Shown here: piece after piece, positions 38,141 to 48,419 of the stretch
How the letters are laid out: the number at the start of each line of letters is the position of its first letter
How positions within the stretch are numbered: position 1 is the stretch's first letter
Source: Nitrospinales bacterium
GTDB taxonomy: Bacteria; Nitrospinota; Nitrospinia; Nitrospinales; VA-1
Direction: 5' to 3'
Assembly: GCA_965263085.1 (NCBI GenBank)
Contig: OZ253582.1
Location: 349,848 to 413,847, forward strand
DNA: 64,000 bases
Program-made: the position numbers and the translations under genes
The notes under the pieces: model-generated
Told to the model about the DNA's origin: nothing
The model's database searches: none
What the model saw: the letters and a program-made list of their open reading frames with translations, nothing else

Positions 38141-38357
38141 TTACAAAAACTCCAAAATTTCACGGATCCGCGAACATTTATAAAATACAAAATTGAAATA
38201 TTAGTGCAACTGAATTATTCTGTGAAGCCTTAACTTGATGGAAATCAAGAACCCGATGAAATCGCTGCTAGAGATCAGGGCTTGAATTTGATACAACCCA
38301 ACGACCGCAGATTATCTGAGTTCTTAGAAGTTTCAATATAACTGAATTTATGATCTG

Positions 38358-38897
38358 ATGAGTAATAAAACAAATCAATTATTTTTATCGATATTTATCC
38401 TGTTTTCAGCATCAGGTATTGCTTTTGGGCAAGCGTCCTGTGGGGAAAAAATTCCCACCTTGGGCATTTTTGACCAAATTTCTCAATATGCATTATGGTT
38501 AGCCTTGGCTCTCATGATTCCGGGAATCCTTTTTGATCGCAAGCTCTGGAAGAGGGCGTTTCTGATACTGGCAGTGCTTCCTTTTGCGGGCTGGGCTTAT
38601 GTTAATTTTTTTGTGGACTATGATAGCTTGAAAAAAGAAATCTTCAACCATAATGCCATGGCCGAGGCTACCTTGGCTAATATCGCCGAAGCCCAGGATA
38701 GATATAAATCAGAACAGGGAACCTATATTGGTGATCTTAGAAAAATTTATTCCCATATTGGCGGAGCAGGGGGCATGAACGAATGCGTCAAGATATTAAA
38801 TGTGCAGGCAGAATTTGATCATTGGCGCGCCGAGGCAGGGCATGTGTCCAGTCCTGATACTGTGATTTGGGACAGTCGGACTGGATTAGTAAATTGA
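38358..38897 (+). CDS. hypothetical membrane protein
   Basis: 179-aa ORF with a signal-like N-terminus plus two more hydrophobic segments. Family not recognised. Confidence 0.45.
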   Translation: MSNKTNQLFLSIFILFSASGIAFGQASCGEKIPTLGIFDQISQYALWLALALMIPGILFDRKLWKRAFLILAVLPFAGWAYVNFFVDYDSLKKEIFNHNAMAEATLANIAEAQDRYKSEQGTYIGDLRKIYSHIGGAGGMNECVKILNVQAEFDHWRAEAGHVSSPDTVIWDSRTGLVN

Positions 38898-39075
38898 AAG
38901 GAGCATGTAAATCAAGTGTTCCATATAGTGATGATCGAGAAAACTTTAGTTCTCCAAAAAGAAAGGTGTATGCAGTCGGGTAATCTTTCCTATGAAAATC
39001 TAGCAAAAATGGATTAGAAATTAGTTATTATAGCCCTTCAAACGATCATCTTATATCAGGAAAGTAGGGATAATT

Positions 39076-39618
39076 ATGAGTTCAGAGCAATTGAACCCGG
39101 ATGAGCTGGACCAGGATGATTTGAATAAAGAGATGATCTTGGATATATTTTATAATACCAAAGGAAGTATTGATGATATCAACGCGGCCATAGATGCCAA
39201 GCTGTTTGGCGCTCCCACTCGCAGTATCACGTTGTTTGAAAAATTTGTGAGGGCTCGTTTAGTTCTCAACCCAAAGGTTCTCCGATTAGTTGAACTGGAT
39301 TTAACGTGGTTTGAAGCCGTTTATTTGAGCCAATATCCCGGTTTGGAAAATGTCGAGGACCTCGATTTAAGAAAAAATCAATTGAAAGATGAAGGAATGG
39401 CGGCTCTGTTGTCATCAGACAAACTAGGTAATATTCGAAAACTGGACTTGAGAAACAACCAGATTACTCGCAAAGGCATGGAAGTTCTGGCGAAATCAGC
39501 AAAACTGGAGAAGCTGGAAGCGCTTGACCTAAGGTCGAACAAACTTGGCAAGTCTTGGGAGGATAAACTTAAATCAATTGGAACATTCCCAAACCTATCT
39601 TCGTTGAAAATAGCTTGA
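39076..39618 (+). CDS. leucine-rich repeat protein (RNI-like), short
   Basis: 180-aa ORF with LDLRKNQLKDEGMAALLSS, LDLRNNQITRKGMEVLAKS and LDLRSNKLG repeats. Confidence 0.7.
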   Translation: MSSEQLNPDELDQDDLNKEMILDIFYNTKGSIDDINAAIDAKLFGAPTRSITLFEKFVRARLVLNPKVLRLVELDLTWFEAVYLSQYPGLENVEDLDLRKNQLKDEGMAALLSSDKLGNIRKLDLRNNQITRKGMEVLAKSAKLEKLEALDLRSNKLGKSWEDKLKSIGTFPNLSSLKIA

Positions 39619-39656
39619 GCCTTGGAAGGCTCACATTTAGCCAGGAATAGAGAGCC

Positions 39657-39866
39657 ATGCGAAAAGTTTTTAAGATCGAAGGAATGACTTGCCAGCATTG
39701 TGTCGAAACTGTGAGTGAAACAGTGGCTAAGCTGGCAGGCATCGAAAAGGTAGAGGTCAGTCTGGAGCAGAAAGAAGTGGTCGTGGAGTTTGATGGGGCA
39801 CAAACTAAAACAGAGGATATATCTGCTCAGATCATCAAGGCAGGGTTTGAAGTGGTCAAAAATTAA
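39657..39866 (+). CDS. copZ: heavy-metal-associated (HMA) copper chaperone CopZ-like
   Basis: 69-aa ORF with the GMTCQHC metal-binding motif and a ferredoxin-like-fold length. Confidence 0.8.
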   Translation: MRKVFKIEGMTCQHCVETVSETVAKLAGIEKVEVSLEQKEVVVEFDGAQTKTEDISAQIIKAGFEVVKN

Positions 39867-39947
39867 CACCCCTCACTGGTGGGGATTCAGGAACTCATTT
39901 CCTCGATATCTGGAATATTCAAGCGGAAAGGATGAGTGGGTTTTGGG

Positions 39948-40688
39948 TCAGACATGTTTATATCCGGTGTAGATGGTTGTGATTCCGAAAGTCAATTCCT
40001 TGAAACCCACCGACCCGAAACCGGCCTCTTTCAGGATGGAAGCAAATGCTTCACCTTTTGGGAAAGACCCTACAGAATCAGGCAGGTAAGAATATGCATC
40101 CCTGTGACCAGAAATTAAGCGCCCCATAGCAGGTAAAATTTTCTCAAAATATAAACAATAAAGCCATTGCAAAAACCCATTCTGGGGAAGGGAGAATTCC
40201 AGAATCACGATTTTACCGCTGGGTTTTAAGACCCTGTGAATCTCGCAAATAGCATGATCTATATTGGCAAAGTTCCTAGCTCCAAAAGCGGAGATTGCGC
40301 CATCAAAGCTATCACTTTTAAGGGGCAGGTTTTCTGCCGTTCCTGGAAATAATTGAACAGACAGTTGCATGTTTCTGGCGGTTACCTTATTTTTTCCCAG
40401 TTCAAGCATGGCGGTACTGAAATCGACACCAATAACCTGGGACTTGCCTCGAAGAGCCAACTCCAGAGCAATGTCTGCTGTTCCCGTTGCGACATCCAGA
40501 AAAAGCCGGTTTGCTACAGGTTCCAGTTCGTTGACTGCTGTTTTGCGCCAGTATCTGTCGCAACCTGCGCTCAATAATCCGTTGAGAAAATCGTATTTTG
40601 GCGCAATAGCATTGAACATGTCCTGAATTGGATTTACCCTGCCAACCGGATCACTGAGTTTAACTTGAGGAGACACCATATCCAACAT
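39948..40688 (-). CDS. ubiE: demethylmenaquinone/ubiquinone C-methyltransferase UbiE/MenG
   Basis: 246-aa ORF with FNAIAPKYDFLNGLLSAGCDRYWRK and the SAM motif LDVATGTADIA. Confidence 0.85.
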   Translation of the reverse strand: MLDMVSPQVKLSDPVGRVNPIQDMFNAIAPKYDFLNGLLSAGCDRYWRKTAVNELEPVANRLFLDVATGTADIALELALRGKSQVIGVDFSTAMLELGKNKVTARNMQLSVQLFPGTAENLPLKSDSFDGAISAFGARNFANIDHAICEIHRVLKPSGKIVILEFSLPQNGFLQWLYCLYFEKILPAMGRLISGHRDAYSYLPDSVGSFPKGEAFASILKEAGFGSVGFKELTFGITTIYTGYKHV

Positions 40689-40980
40689 ATTGTTATATAA
40701 TAAGATAGAGCATAAAGTTTAGCATCAGTGGCTATGAGGCACAAGAAAGACTTGCTGAGAGTAGGGGAAGGCTATGGAAAAGGACTTTGATCTGATTGTT
40801 TTTCCGGAAGAGCAAGCCTGCACCGATAACCTAAAAAAGGATGAAAGGAGTCTTAGCAAAAATATAGTCTTTTGCGGTCTATAAAGAGGGATAGCAAATG
40901 AGCCAGAGAGATTTTTTGAAACTATTTTATGGAAGCCTCATCTTATTGGATGAGCAGATGGTTCGTGATTCATAGCTTGA

Positions 40981-41211
40981 TTGAGGCTAAACCCGATGAA
41001 TATTTCCTACAGTCAACTTTTAGTCAATAAAAGGCGTGTGAAACGCCGAGTGAAGAAAAAAGCCGCGACTGAAAGCCGTTGCTACCATTGCAATGGCGCA
41101 TTCAGAGGGCCTGAAGAAATTGAAACCTGCCTGATGTGCGGTCGAGAAAAAAGTCACGTTTGCTCAAATTGTTTATCTGCCCCCGAAAAACAGGAAAAAA
41201 AGCTCGCCTGA
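40981..41211 (+). CDS. hypothetical small Cys-rich (zinc-ribbon-like) protein
   Basis: Contains CYHCNG...CLMCG...CSNC. The start is uncertain (a TTG in the track; ATG at 40996). Confidence 0.3.
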   Translation: MRLNPMNISYSQLLVNKRRVKRRVKKKAATESRCYHCNGAFRGPEEIETCLMCGREKSHVCSNCLSAPEKQEKKLA

Positions 41212-41218
41212 AGATTTT

Positions 41219-42118
41219 TTACGACTCAAGGTTCATAAAGCCGGTAAAAACCGACTTGCATCGCCCACCCACACGAATTTTTTGAATTTCCTGTTTTGAC
41301 ACTTCCACATAGATCAATGAAGGGCGTTGCATTTCATATCCCTGCTCAATGATCATGGTGAGTTCTTCATTACTATCCAGACTGGCCCAATAAGCGCCCA
41401 TGGCCCCTGCCACGCTTCCTGTTGCGGGATCTTCGGGAATACCTAGGCCCGGAGCAAAGGCGCGGACATGAACCGTGTTTTCCCTATTAATGGTTTCGCG
41501 GCAGAAGGAATAAATCATACCGATTCCCAACGGTTCCAATACTTCATTTAAAATCTGGATATTAATACTTATCTCTTTGATTTTATTGATAGAAATCACT
41601 GGAACTATCAAAGCTGGAAAGCCTGTTGAGACGACTCGTGCTGGAAATTTTTCGTCCAGATCGTTGAGAGCGAGCCCCAACGCGGCGGAGATTTTTTCGG
41701 ATAAATTCAATTCTTGCAGGGTTTTAGCGGGTGGGTGTTGCATGAAACTCTTACCCTTTTCCTCCCAGACAGAGATTATTCCGGCCTTAAAGTTCAAACG
41801 AAGCGGATTTGCAGTCAAGGCCCCATATTTCCTGAGAACATATGCGGTGCCGAGGGTAGGATGACCAGCAAAAGGAATCTCCTGTGTAGGAGTGAAGATA
41901 CGCACATCGAAGTCCGCCTCATCCGTTGAAGGAGGATAAATAAAAGTGGTCTCGGATAAATTCATCTCTCTCGCCACTTTTTGCAAATCTTCTTCCTTAA
42001 AGCTTTGGCTCTTGGGAAAAACAGCTAAAGGATTGCCACCAAAAATATGGTCGGTAAAAACATCCACCTGATAGAAAGGGATTTCCATGCAACTGACTGC
42101 GGAAGTTCTCCGCTTCAA
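41219..42118 (-). CDS. PhzF-family isomerase
   Basis: 299-aa ORF with PFYQVDVFTDHIFGGNPLAVF, SETTF and FAGHPTLGTA. Confidence 0.85.
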   Translation of the reverse strand: MKRRTSAVSCMEIPFYQVDVFTDHIFGGNPLAVFPKSQSFKEEDLQKVAREMNLSETTFIYPPSTDEADFDVRIFTPTQEIPFAGHPTLGTAYVLRKYGALTANPLRLNFKAGIISVWEEKGKSFMQHPPAKTLQELNLSEKISAALGLALNDLDEKFPARVVSTGFPALIVPVISINKIKEISINIQILNEVLEPLGIGMIYSFCRETINRENTVHVRAFAPGLGIPEDPATGSVAGAMGAYWASLDSNEELTMIIEQGYEMQRPSLIYVEVSKQEIQKIRVGGRCKSVFTGFMNLES

Positions 42119-42381
42119 GAAAGGTTTTTATTGGTCCAGAATTTCAACACATACGGGCCACTTAGTGTTTTTGTTTGGTTCTTATAACATATATGAAGGA
42201 ATATCAGGCCTTTTTGCCTTTCCACAAGGAATAGATTTAAGATGATGCTTTTTAAAAAAAACCGTATTTTAAGTGGTTTCTTCAGGTTCCCATAACATAT
42301 ATTATGTCAACTAAGTAGTATTGGGTATGAAACGTGGGTTTTAGGGCTTCCCCCCTGCATTTGCCAAAAGCGAACGGAAGC

Positions 42382-43308
42382 TCAGAGGGATTCTTTGACA
42401 GCCTGGGCGATATGGTTGGCAGACAGGCCATATTTTTCGAAGAGCTGGGGTCCGGTTCCAGTTTCGGCGAACTGGTCTTTCACAGCAATTCGTTTGAACG
42501 GTTTGGAAATTTGCGCGTCGAGCAGAACTTCTCCGACCGCATCTCCCAATCCGCCGATAAAGTTGTGGTCCTCAGCAGTAATGATAGCACTGTGGCTGGT
42601 CGCTAGTTCTATAATGAGATCTCGGTCAATAGGCTTCAACGTTGAGATGTTCGCCAAAGTGACATGGATCCCGTCCTTTTCCAGCATTTCCATGGCTACC
42701 AAACTTTCCTGTACCATGATGCCGGTGGCAAAAATAACCAGGTCAAAACCTTTTTTCACCACCCTGCCCTTGCCGATCTCAAACTTATAAGAGTTGTCAA
42801 AAATACCTTTGACCTTCGGCCTCCCCAAGCGGAAATAAGCCGGCCCTTCATATTCAGCTAAGGCGCGGGTAGCTTGGATGGTTTCTTCCCAATCAGCTGG
42901 CTGGACGACAATCATGTTGGGGATGGCCCTTGTGTAGGCAATGTCCACAATCATTTGGGCTGTGGGGCCATCTTCACCAACAGCGAGACCTGTATGCGTG
43001 CCCACCAGCTTTACATTAGTATTAGAATAAGCGACGCTGACGAGAACCTGATCCATCGTCCTTCCTAACAGAAAACAGGCAAATCCGGTAACGAATGGGA
43101 TTTTCCCGGTGGTGGCGAGACCTGCAGCGGTGCAGACCATATCTGCTTCGGCAATTCCCATATTGAAAAACCGTTCGGGATATTTGTCCCCGAATTTTTT
43201 TGAGCGGGTGCTGTCGCTCACTCCTGCATCGAGAACGACGATGCGCGGATCGGCACCCATTTCTACCAGCGCCTGTCCATAAGCATCACGGGTGGGTGCA
43301 TCTTTCAT
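42382..43308 (-). CDS. transketolase, C-terminal (pyrimidine-binding) subunit
   Basis: 308-aa ORF with TRDAYGQALVEMG and GIAEADMV. It overlaps the upstream subunit by 4 nt. Confidence 0.9.
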   Translation of the reverse strand: MKDAPTRDAYGQALVEMGADPRIVVLDAGVSDSTRSKKFGDKYPERFFNMGIAEADMVCTAAGLATTGKIPFVTGFACFLLGRTMDQVLVSVAYSNTNVKLVGTHTGLAVGEDGPTAQMIVDIAYTRAIPNMIVVQPADWEETIQATRALAEYEGPAYFRLGRPKVKGIFDNSYKFEIGKGRVVKKGFDLVIFATGIMVQESLVAMEMLEKDGIHVTLANISTLKPIDRDLIIELATSHSAIITAEDHNFIGGLGDAVGEVLLDAQISKPFKRIAVKDQFAETGTGPQLFEKYGLSANHIAQAVKESL

Positions 43309-44126
43309 ACTAGTTCCTTTAAGGCTTTGTCATAATCTTCTTGTGAGGGGGCCACTCCGTGCCAAGCAGTTTTGCCTTCCATAAAGCTAACGCCCTTGCC
43401 TTTAACCGTGTCTGCAATGATCACACGGGGTTTTTCCAAGTGAAGTGGAAGCTGGAGCACTTCGACAATGGCTTTCATATCATGCCCGTCAATCCTGTGA
43501 ACATCCCAGTTAAAGGATCTCCATTTATCTTCGAGAGGCTCCAGGTCTTTCAGGTCTTTGGTGGTACTATCTTGTGCAACCTTGTTATAATCGACGATAG
43601 CGATCAGGTTGTTGGATTTAAATTTATCGGCGGACATAGCAGCTTCCCAGATTTGCCCTTCTTGCAATTCACCATCTCCTAGAATGACGTAAACTTTGGA
43701 GCTATGGCCATCCAGTCTTGTTCCCAAGGCTATTCCGTGAGCCACACTCAATCCCTGCCCTAAGCTTCCTGATGCGATTTCGATTCCGGGAGTTTTGGGA
43801 TGAGGATGTCCGGAGAGAAAACGCCCGCTGTTAATTTTCCGGTAACTGTCGAGGTCGGCCTCAGAAATATATCCTGCTTTTGCAAGTACCGAATAATAAA
43901 TTCCCGTTACGTGTCCTTTGCTCAGCAGAAACCGGTCTCTTTTGGGGTTGCATGGATCGCTGGAGTCCTGATTTAAGATCCCGCCAAAAAATAGGGCGGC
44001 CATTAAATCTGCTGCAGAGAAACTGCCTCCAGGATGCCCCGACCCGGCCTGAAAAATGATTTTTAGGGTAAGCCTTCTCAAGTCGAGAGCTATTTTCTCG
44101 AGTTCGGTGATGTCTGGAATAGTCAA
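43305..44126 (-). CDS. transketolase, N-terminal (TPP-binding) subunit
   Basis: 273-aa ORF with GSGHPGGSFSAADLMAALFF, GSLGQGLSVAHG and GDGELQEGQIWEA. Confidence 0.9.
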   Translation of the reverse strand: MTIPDITELEKIALDLRRLTLKIIFQAGSGHPGGSFSAADLMAALFFGGILNQDSSDPCNPKRDRFLLSKGHVTGIYYSVLAKAGYISEADLDSYRKINSGRFLSGHPHPKTPGIEIASGSLGQGLSVAHGIALGTRLDGHSSKVYVILGDGELQEGQIWEAAMSADKFKSNNLIAIVDYNKVAQDSTTKDLKDLEPLEDKWRSFNWDVHRIDGHDMKAIVEVLQLPLHLEKPRVIIADTVKGKGVSFMEGKTAWHGVAPSQEDYDKALKELV

Positions 44127-44876
44127 TTAGCTTTTCTTTTATTCATAAAAACATTTATAAGACACAAAATTATGTCCCTGCTTATATCATAACCCTTTTA
44201 GTTTTGCGAATTGAAAAGAGTAATTTTTCAGAGCAAAATCACATGCAACGGAGATGTTACAGGAACCAGGACTGATCCCGAAAACCCAAGATATTCTGAG
44301 GGAGAAGTCCTTGAAGCCGAAGCCAATGTATTCTTTTCTAAACCGGTTAATTTTGGAAAGCTCTTGTCACTGTTGAATGAATTCCTTAAGTCGCGATGAT
44401 CTTAATATTTTTTATTTTGTCGTCACCACGGAGGTCTTTGCAGACCTCCAAACCATTTATACCAGAAAGGGTGATACCCAGAATCAATAATGGCAGGCTG
44501 GCCTTTTTTCCTGCCTCCCATCCGTTATAAGCGGTTTCAACGATAAAATCGTTCTTCTAAAATATTTTTTAATAGGTTATAAAATCTATTTATTTATATA
44601 TTTAAGATATATTAGCTAATGTCAAAAATTGATTTATTCTCTTTGAAATAGTCCGCAGTGTTGCAGGCTTCTATCACTTTCTATCAGACAAAAATCTACC
44701 AAGCCTGTTTCACAAAAATCCGATAAAATACTAATAAATACGTTGGTTTAGAGGGTCACCCAATATTTCATGCTTGAGAAAAGTCTGAGAATAGATGCTT
44801 ATTAGCGTTTCTTTTGGCGAGTCCTTTAAATATAATGGCTTTACCACCCTTTCATCTTTTCAGAACCCAACGTCCC

Positions 44877-46406
44877 ATGAAGAATATTTTGTTCCCCAAA
44901 CACCTAATTTATTTATTAGCCCTATTTTTCACCTTTGATTCCTCCTTAGCGCGAGCCAGCGAAACTTTGCCCCTGACGTTAAAGGAAACGATAGAGAGAA
45001 CTTTAAAAAATAATATCAGCATTTCTGTCCAAAGTTATAACTCCAAAATCATTGAGCAATCCATATTCGAAGAGGAAGCTGACTTTGATCCTACCGTTAA
45101 CTTTGAGTTCAGGGTTGGGGAAGAAACCCGGCAGAGCGCGTCAGCGCTCATAGGTTCAAAGCGAACAAACAAAAATTACGACTGGGACTTATCGGTCACC
45201 CAGAAATTTATCACGGGTGGGGATTATGAGTTTTCTGTGGACAGTAGCAAGAATGAGACCAGTGCGTTCTTTACTTCCCTCAATCCGGTATATTCCTCGG
45301 ATCTGGTTCTGGCAGTCACTCAGCCTCTACTCAAGGATTTCGGAATCGATCTCAATAAACGAGAAATCTATATTGCTAAAAACGATCAAAAGATTTCCGA
45401 TCATGAGTTCACAGAAAAAGTCATTGATACTCTTACGGAAGCTGAAAATATTTATTGGGATCTGGTTTTCAGTATCGAAGTTCTGAAGGTCAAGGAAACT
45501 TCTCTGCAAAGAGCTCGGGATCTGGAAAAACAGGTCAAGGCCCAGGTTGATGTGGGGACCCTCGCGGGATTAGAGATTCTTCAGGCCAAAGCAGAGGTGG
45601 CCACAAGAGACGAAGAGCTTTTGGATGCGCAAAACCTGATTGATGATAATGAAGATAATCTTAAAAGCATTCTTAACTTGCCCTTTGACTCAGAGGAAGG
45701 TTTGAAAAAAATAATCCCTGCAGATAGCCCTGTCTTTGAACCGGGAAAGGGAAATTCATTAAATGAGGCTTTGAAGACCGCCCTCATCCATCGGCCCGAT
45801 TTGTTGGCCAAGAAAATGGAACTGGAAAGCAGAAATATTGAAGCCAAATATAACGAAAACCAAATGCTCCCTACTCTGGATTTAGTTACAAGCCTGGGCC
45901 TGAATGGATTGAGTGGCGATTCTGCAACGACCAATGGTGCTTACGACACTGCTTTGTCCGAGGCGTTCTCGACAAAATTTCGTTTATGGGAGTTTGGCAT
46001 CAACTTGAGTTACCCGCTTGGAAACCGAGCAGCCAAGAGCCAATTAACAGCAAAAAGGTTGGAAGTGGCTCAATTATTGCTCGACATTAAGGATTTGGAA
46101 AAACGTATTATTGTGGAGGTTCGCGAAGCCCATCGCCAAATTGAAACCGATATTAAAAGGGTTCAATCGGCTCGAATCGCGCAAAAACTTGCTGAAGAAA
46201 AGTTAAATGCCGAGGAGAAAAAATTTGAGGTCGGACTCTCCACCAGTTTTAATGTGCTGGAATTCCAAGAGGATCTCGCTGAAGAACAAAGTCAAGCGGT
46301 TAAGGCTATTACAGATTATAACAAATCCCGTAGCAGGTTAAACCAAGTCATTGCAAAGACACTGGAGGTGCATTCCATAAGGCTACTGTTCAAGGAAAGT
46401 TCATGA
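44877..46406 (+). CDS. TolC-family outer-membrane efflux protein
   Basis: The track ORF starts at 44814. I prefer ATG 44877 (MKNILFPKHLIYLLALFFTFDSSLARA, signal peptide). It has a two-repeat coiled-coil/beta layout typical of the OEP family, and it overlaps the next gene by 4 nt. Confidence 0.8.
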   Translation: MKNILFPKHLIYLLALFFTFDSSLARASETLPLTLKETIERTLKNNISISVQSYNSKIIEQSIFEEEADFDPTVNFEFRVGEETRQSASALIGSKRTNKNYDWDLSVTQKFITGGDYEFSVDSSKNETSAFFTSLNPVYSSDLVLAVTQPLLKDFGIDLNKREIYIAKNDQKISDHEFTEKVIDTLTEAENIYWDLVFSIEVLKVKETSLQRARDLEKQVKAQVDVGTLAGLEILQAKAEVATRDEELLDAQNLIDDNEDNLKSILNLPFDSEEGLKKIIPADSPVFEPGKGNSLNEALKTALIHRPDLLAKKMELESRNIEAKYNENQMLPTLDLVTSLGLNGLSGDSATTNGAYDTALSEAFSTKFRLWEFGINLSYPLGNRAAKSQLTAKRLEVAQLLLDIKDLEKRIIVEVREAHRQIETDIKRVQSARIAQKLAEEKLNAEEKKFEVGLSTSFNVLEFQEDLAEEQSQAVKAITDYNKSRSRLNQVIAKTLEVHSIRLLFKESS

Positions 46407-47728
46407 AAAAACTCCTGGTTTTTGTCGGGATAGTTCTTCTTCTGACCAGCCTTTATCTATTTCCTTATAACTCCAATGGTTCGAAGGACCCTCCAAAACC
46501 TATTTTCAAGACCTCAAAGGTCCTGCAAGGTGATCTGGCTGTAAAAATTTCTGCCACTGGCATTGTTGAACCTAATTTTAAAGTGGAGGTCAAATCAAAG
46601 GCCAGTGGTGAAGTCTTATCTTTTCCTTTGAAAGAAGGCGACCGAGTCAAAAAGGGAACGCTTCTCTTACAACTGGATAAATCTGATGAGCAGCGAAATG
46701 TCGCCAAGGCACGCACAGAACTATCCAGTTCATCGGCAAAATATAAAAAAGCGGAAACGAGCCTCCTGCTACAAAAAACTAAATACGATGCCAATATAAA
46801 ATCCTCTCAATCAGAAATTAAAACCGCTCTAGCCAACCTTAAGGAATCTAAAGACAAACTAAAGCGCCAAAAAGAGCTATTTGCGAAAAAGGTTGTCTCA
46901 CAGGAATCTTTGGATACGGCCATCACTCTTTTCAAGGTCAACCAGGAAAATCTCATTCAAGCGCAAACCCGGCTTCAAACAGCCATGGATTCCATTCACG
47001 ATATTACGATGAAGAAAAATGAGGTCGAGTTGGCCCAGTCTGAGGTCAAGCGCTCTGAAATTGCTGTGGATGAGGCAGAAGAAAGGTTGGAAGAAACGGA
47101 AATATTTGCCCCTATTGATGGAGTTATCATCGAAAAACTTGTCGAGGAAGGCCAAATCATTGCTTCGGGAATTTCAAATGTGAGTGGTGGGACAGCAATC
47201 GTAACCATTGCCGACATGTCGCGATTATTCGTCATTGCAGATATTGATGAAACAGATATAGGGTCTGTTAAATTAGGTCATGACGTACGGGTTACGGCGG
47301 ATGCTTTCCCCAATGAGGTTTTCAAGGGCAAGGTCACCCGCATAGCCCCACAAGGACTCATCGAAAATAGTATTACCATTTTCAAAGCTAAGATCGAGAT
47401 TTTGGGATCCGGGAAAACCCAGCTCAAACCCATGATGTCCGCCAATATAGACATCGTTACCCATCAGATTAAGGACACAGTGTATACCACCCGCGCCGGA
47501 ATTCACAAGGATGACAAAGGAGAATTTGCGGTGATATTGAAAAATAATCAGCCAGAAAAGGTCAGAGTTAAGACGGGTATCATGAACCCGGTTCATGTCA
47601 GCGTTGCCAGTGGGTTGAATCCCGAAGAAGAAGTCATATTGGGGGATTGGGAAAAGATTATCGAGGAGTCCAAGAAAAAGAAAAACTCTTCTCTCAGAAA
47701 AATTCTCTGGATGATTCGCTCCAAGTGA
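46403..47728 (+). CDS. efflux periplasmic adaptor (HlyD/MacA family)
   Basis: 441-aa ORF with an N-terminal anchor, a long coiled-coil hairpin, and a lipoyl/beta-barrel region (IFAPIDGVIIEKLVEEGQ). Confidence 0.8.
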   Translation: MKKLLVFVGIVLLLTSLYLFPYNSNGSKDPPKPIFKTSKVLQGDLAVKISATGIVEPNFKVEVKSKASGEVLSFPLKEGDRVKKGTLLLQLDKSDEQRNVAKARTELSSSSAKYKKAETSLLLQKTKYDANIKSSQSEIKTALANLKESKDKLKRQKELFAKKVVSQESLDTAITLFKVNQENLIQAQTRLQTAMDSIHDITMKKNEVELAQSEVKRSEIAVDEAEERLEETEIFAPIDGVIIEKLVEEGQIIASGISNVSGGTAIVTIADMSRLFVIADIDETDIGSVKLGHDVRVTADAFPNEVFKGKVTRIAPQGLIENSITIFKAKIEILGSGKTQLKPMMSANIDIVTHQIKDTVYTTRAGIHKDDKGEFAVILKNNQPEKVRVKTGIMNPVHVSVASGLNPEEEVILGDWEKIIEESKKKKNSSLRKILWMIRSK

Positions 47729-47735
47729 GGTTGCC

Positions 47736-48419
47736 TTGATTGAAGTAGAAGGGCTCTCTAAAACCTATCAAATGGGAGGACAACAAGTAGCGGCCTTGGC
47801 TGGAGTCGACTTCAGAATCGAAAAAGGTGAGTTTGTCGCCATCATGGGGCCTTCAGGCAGTGGAAAATCCACTCTCATGAATCTTATCGGATGTCTGGAT
47901 ATCCCCTCTTCCGGCATATATCGTCTTGAAAATCTCGATATTCAAGACCTGAAACCTAACCAGTTAGCAGAAGTTCGCAACCGCCGGATAGGCTTTGTTT
48001 TTCAGAGTTTCAACCTTCTACCTCGCGCTACCGCCTTGGAAAATATCGAATTGCCTCTGCTCTATGGTCGAGTCCCAAAAGCGACTGAAATCGCCCTTCA
48101 GGCTCTTGAGCGCGTTAGCCTGGCTCACCGAGCCAGACATAAACCTACCGAATTGTCCGGAGGAGAATGCCAGCGCGTTGCCATTGCCAGAGCCTTGGTG
48201 AATAAGCCTGCTATTATTCTGGCGGATGAGCCTACAGGAAATCTTGATTCCGTAACGGGTAAAGAGATTATGAAACTTTTTCAGGAATTGAATCAGGAAG
48301 CAGTGACTCTGATTCTGGTAACCCATGAACAGGAAGTCGCGCAGCAAGCAAAGAGAGTCATACAGATGAGAGATGGAAAAATCATAGCCGACACGTCCAA
48401 TGGAGCAGAACCATGCTGA
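47736..48419 (+). CDS. macB: MacB/LolD-type ABC transporter ATP-binding protein
   Basis: Walker A GPSGSGKST, signature LSGGECQR, Walker B ILADEPTGNLD. TTG start. Confidence 0.9.
   Translation: MIEVEGLSKTYQMGGQQVAALAGVDFRIEKGEFVAIMGPSGSGKSTLMNLIGCLDIPSSGIYRLENLDIQDLKPNQLAEVRNRRIGFVFQSFNLLPRATALENIELPLLYGRVPKATEIALQALERVSLAHRARHKPTELSGGECQRVAIARALVNKPAIILADEPTGNLDSVTGKEIMKLFQELNQEAVTLILVTHEQEVAQQAKRVIQMRDGKIIADTSNGAEPC

Noticed and set aside
44211-44560. A 62-aa ORF ending ..KPVNFGKLLSLLNEFLKSR, which resembles the C-terminus of a response-regulator receiver domain. On the opposite strand, a peptide ..FIVETAYNGWEAGKKGQPAIIDS.. resembles the middle of a receiver domain. There is also an 8-bp hairpin GGAGGTCT-ttgc-AGACCTCC at 44430-44449.
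   Set aside because: The similarities are short and partly degenerate. The two pieces lie on opposite strands, and the hairpin has no U-tract. The evidence is too weak to annotate as a gene or pseudogene.
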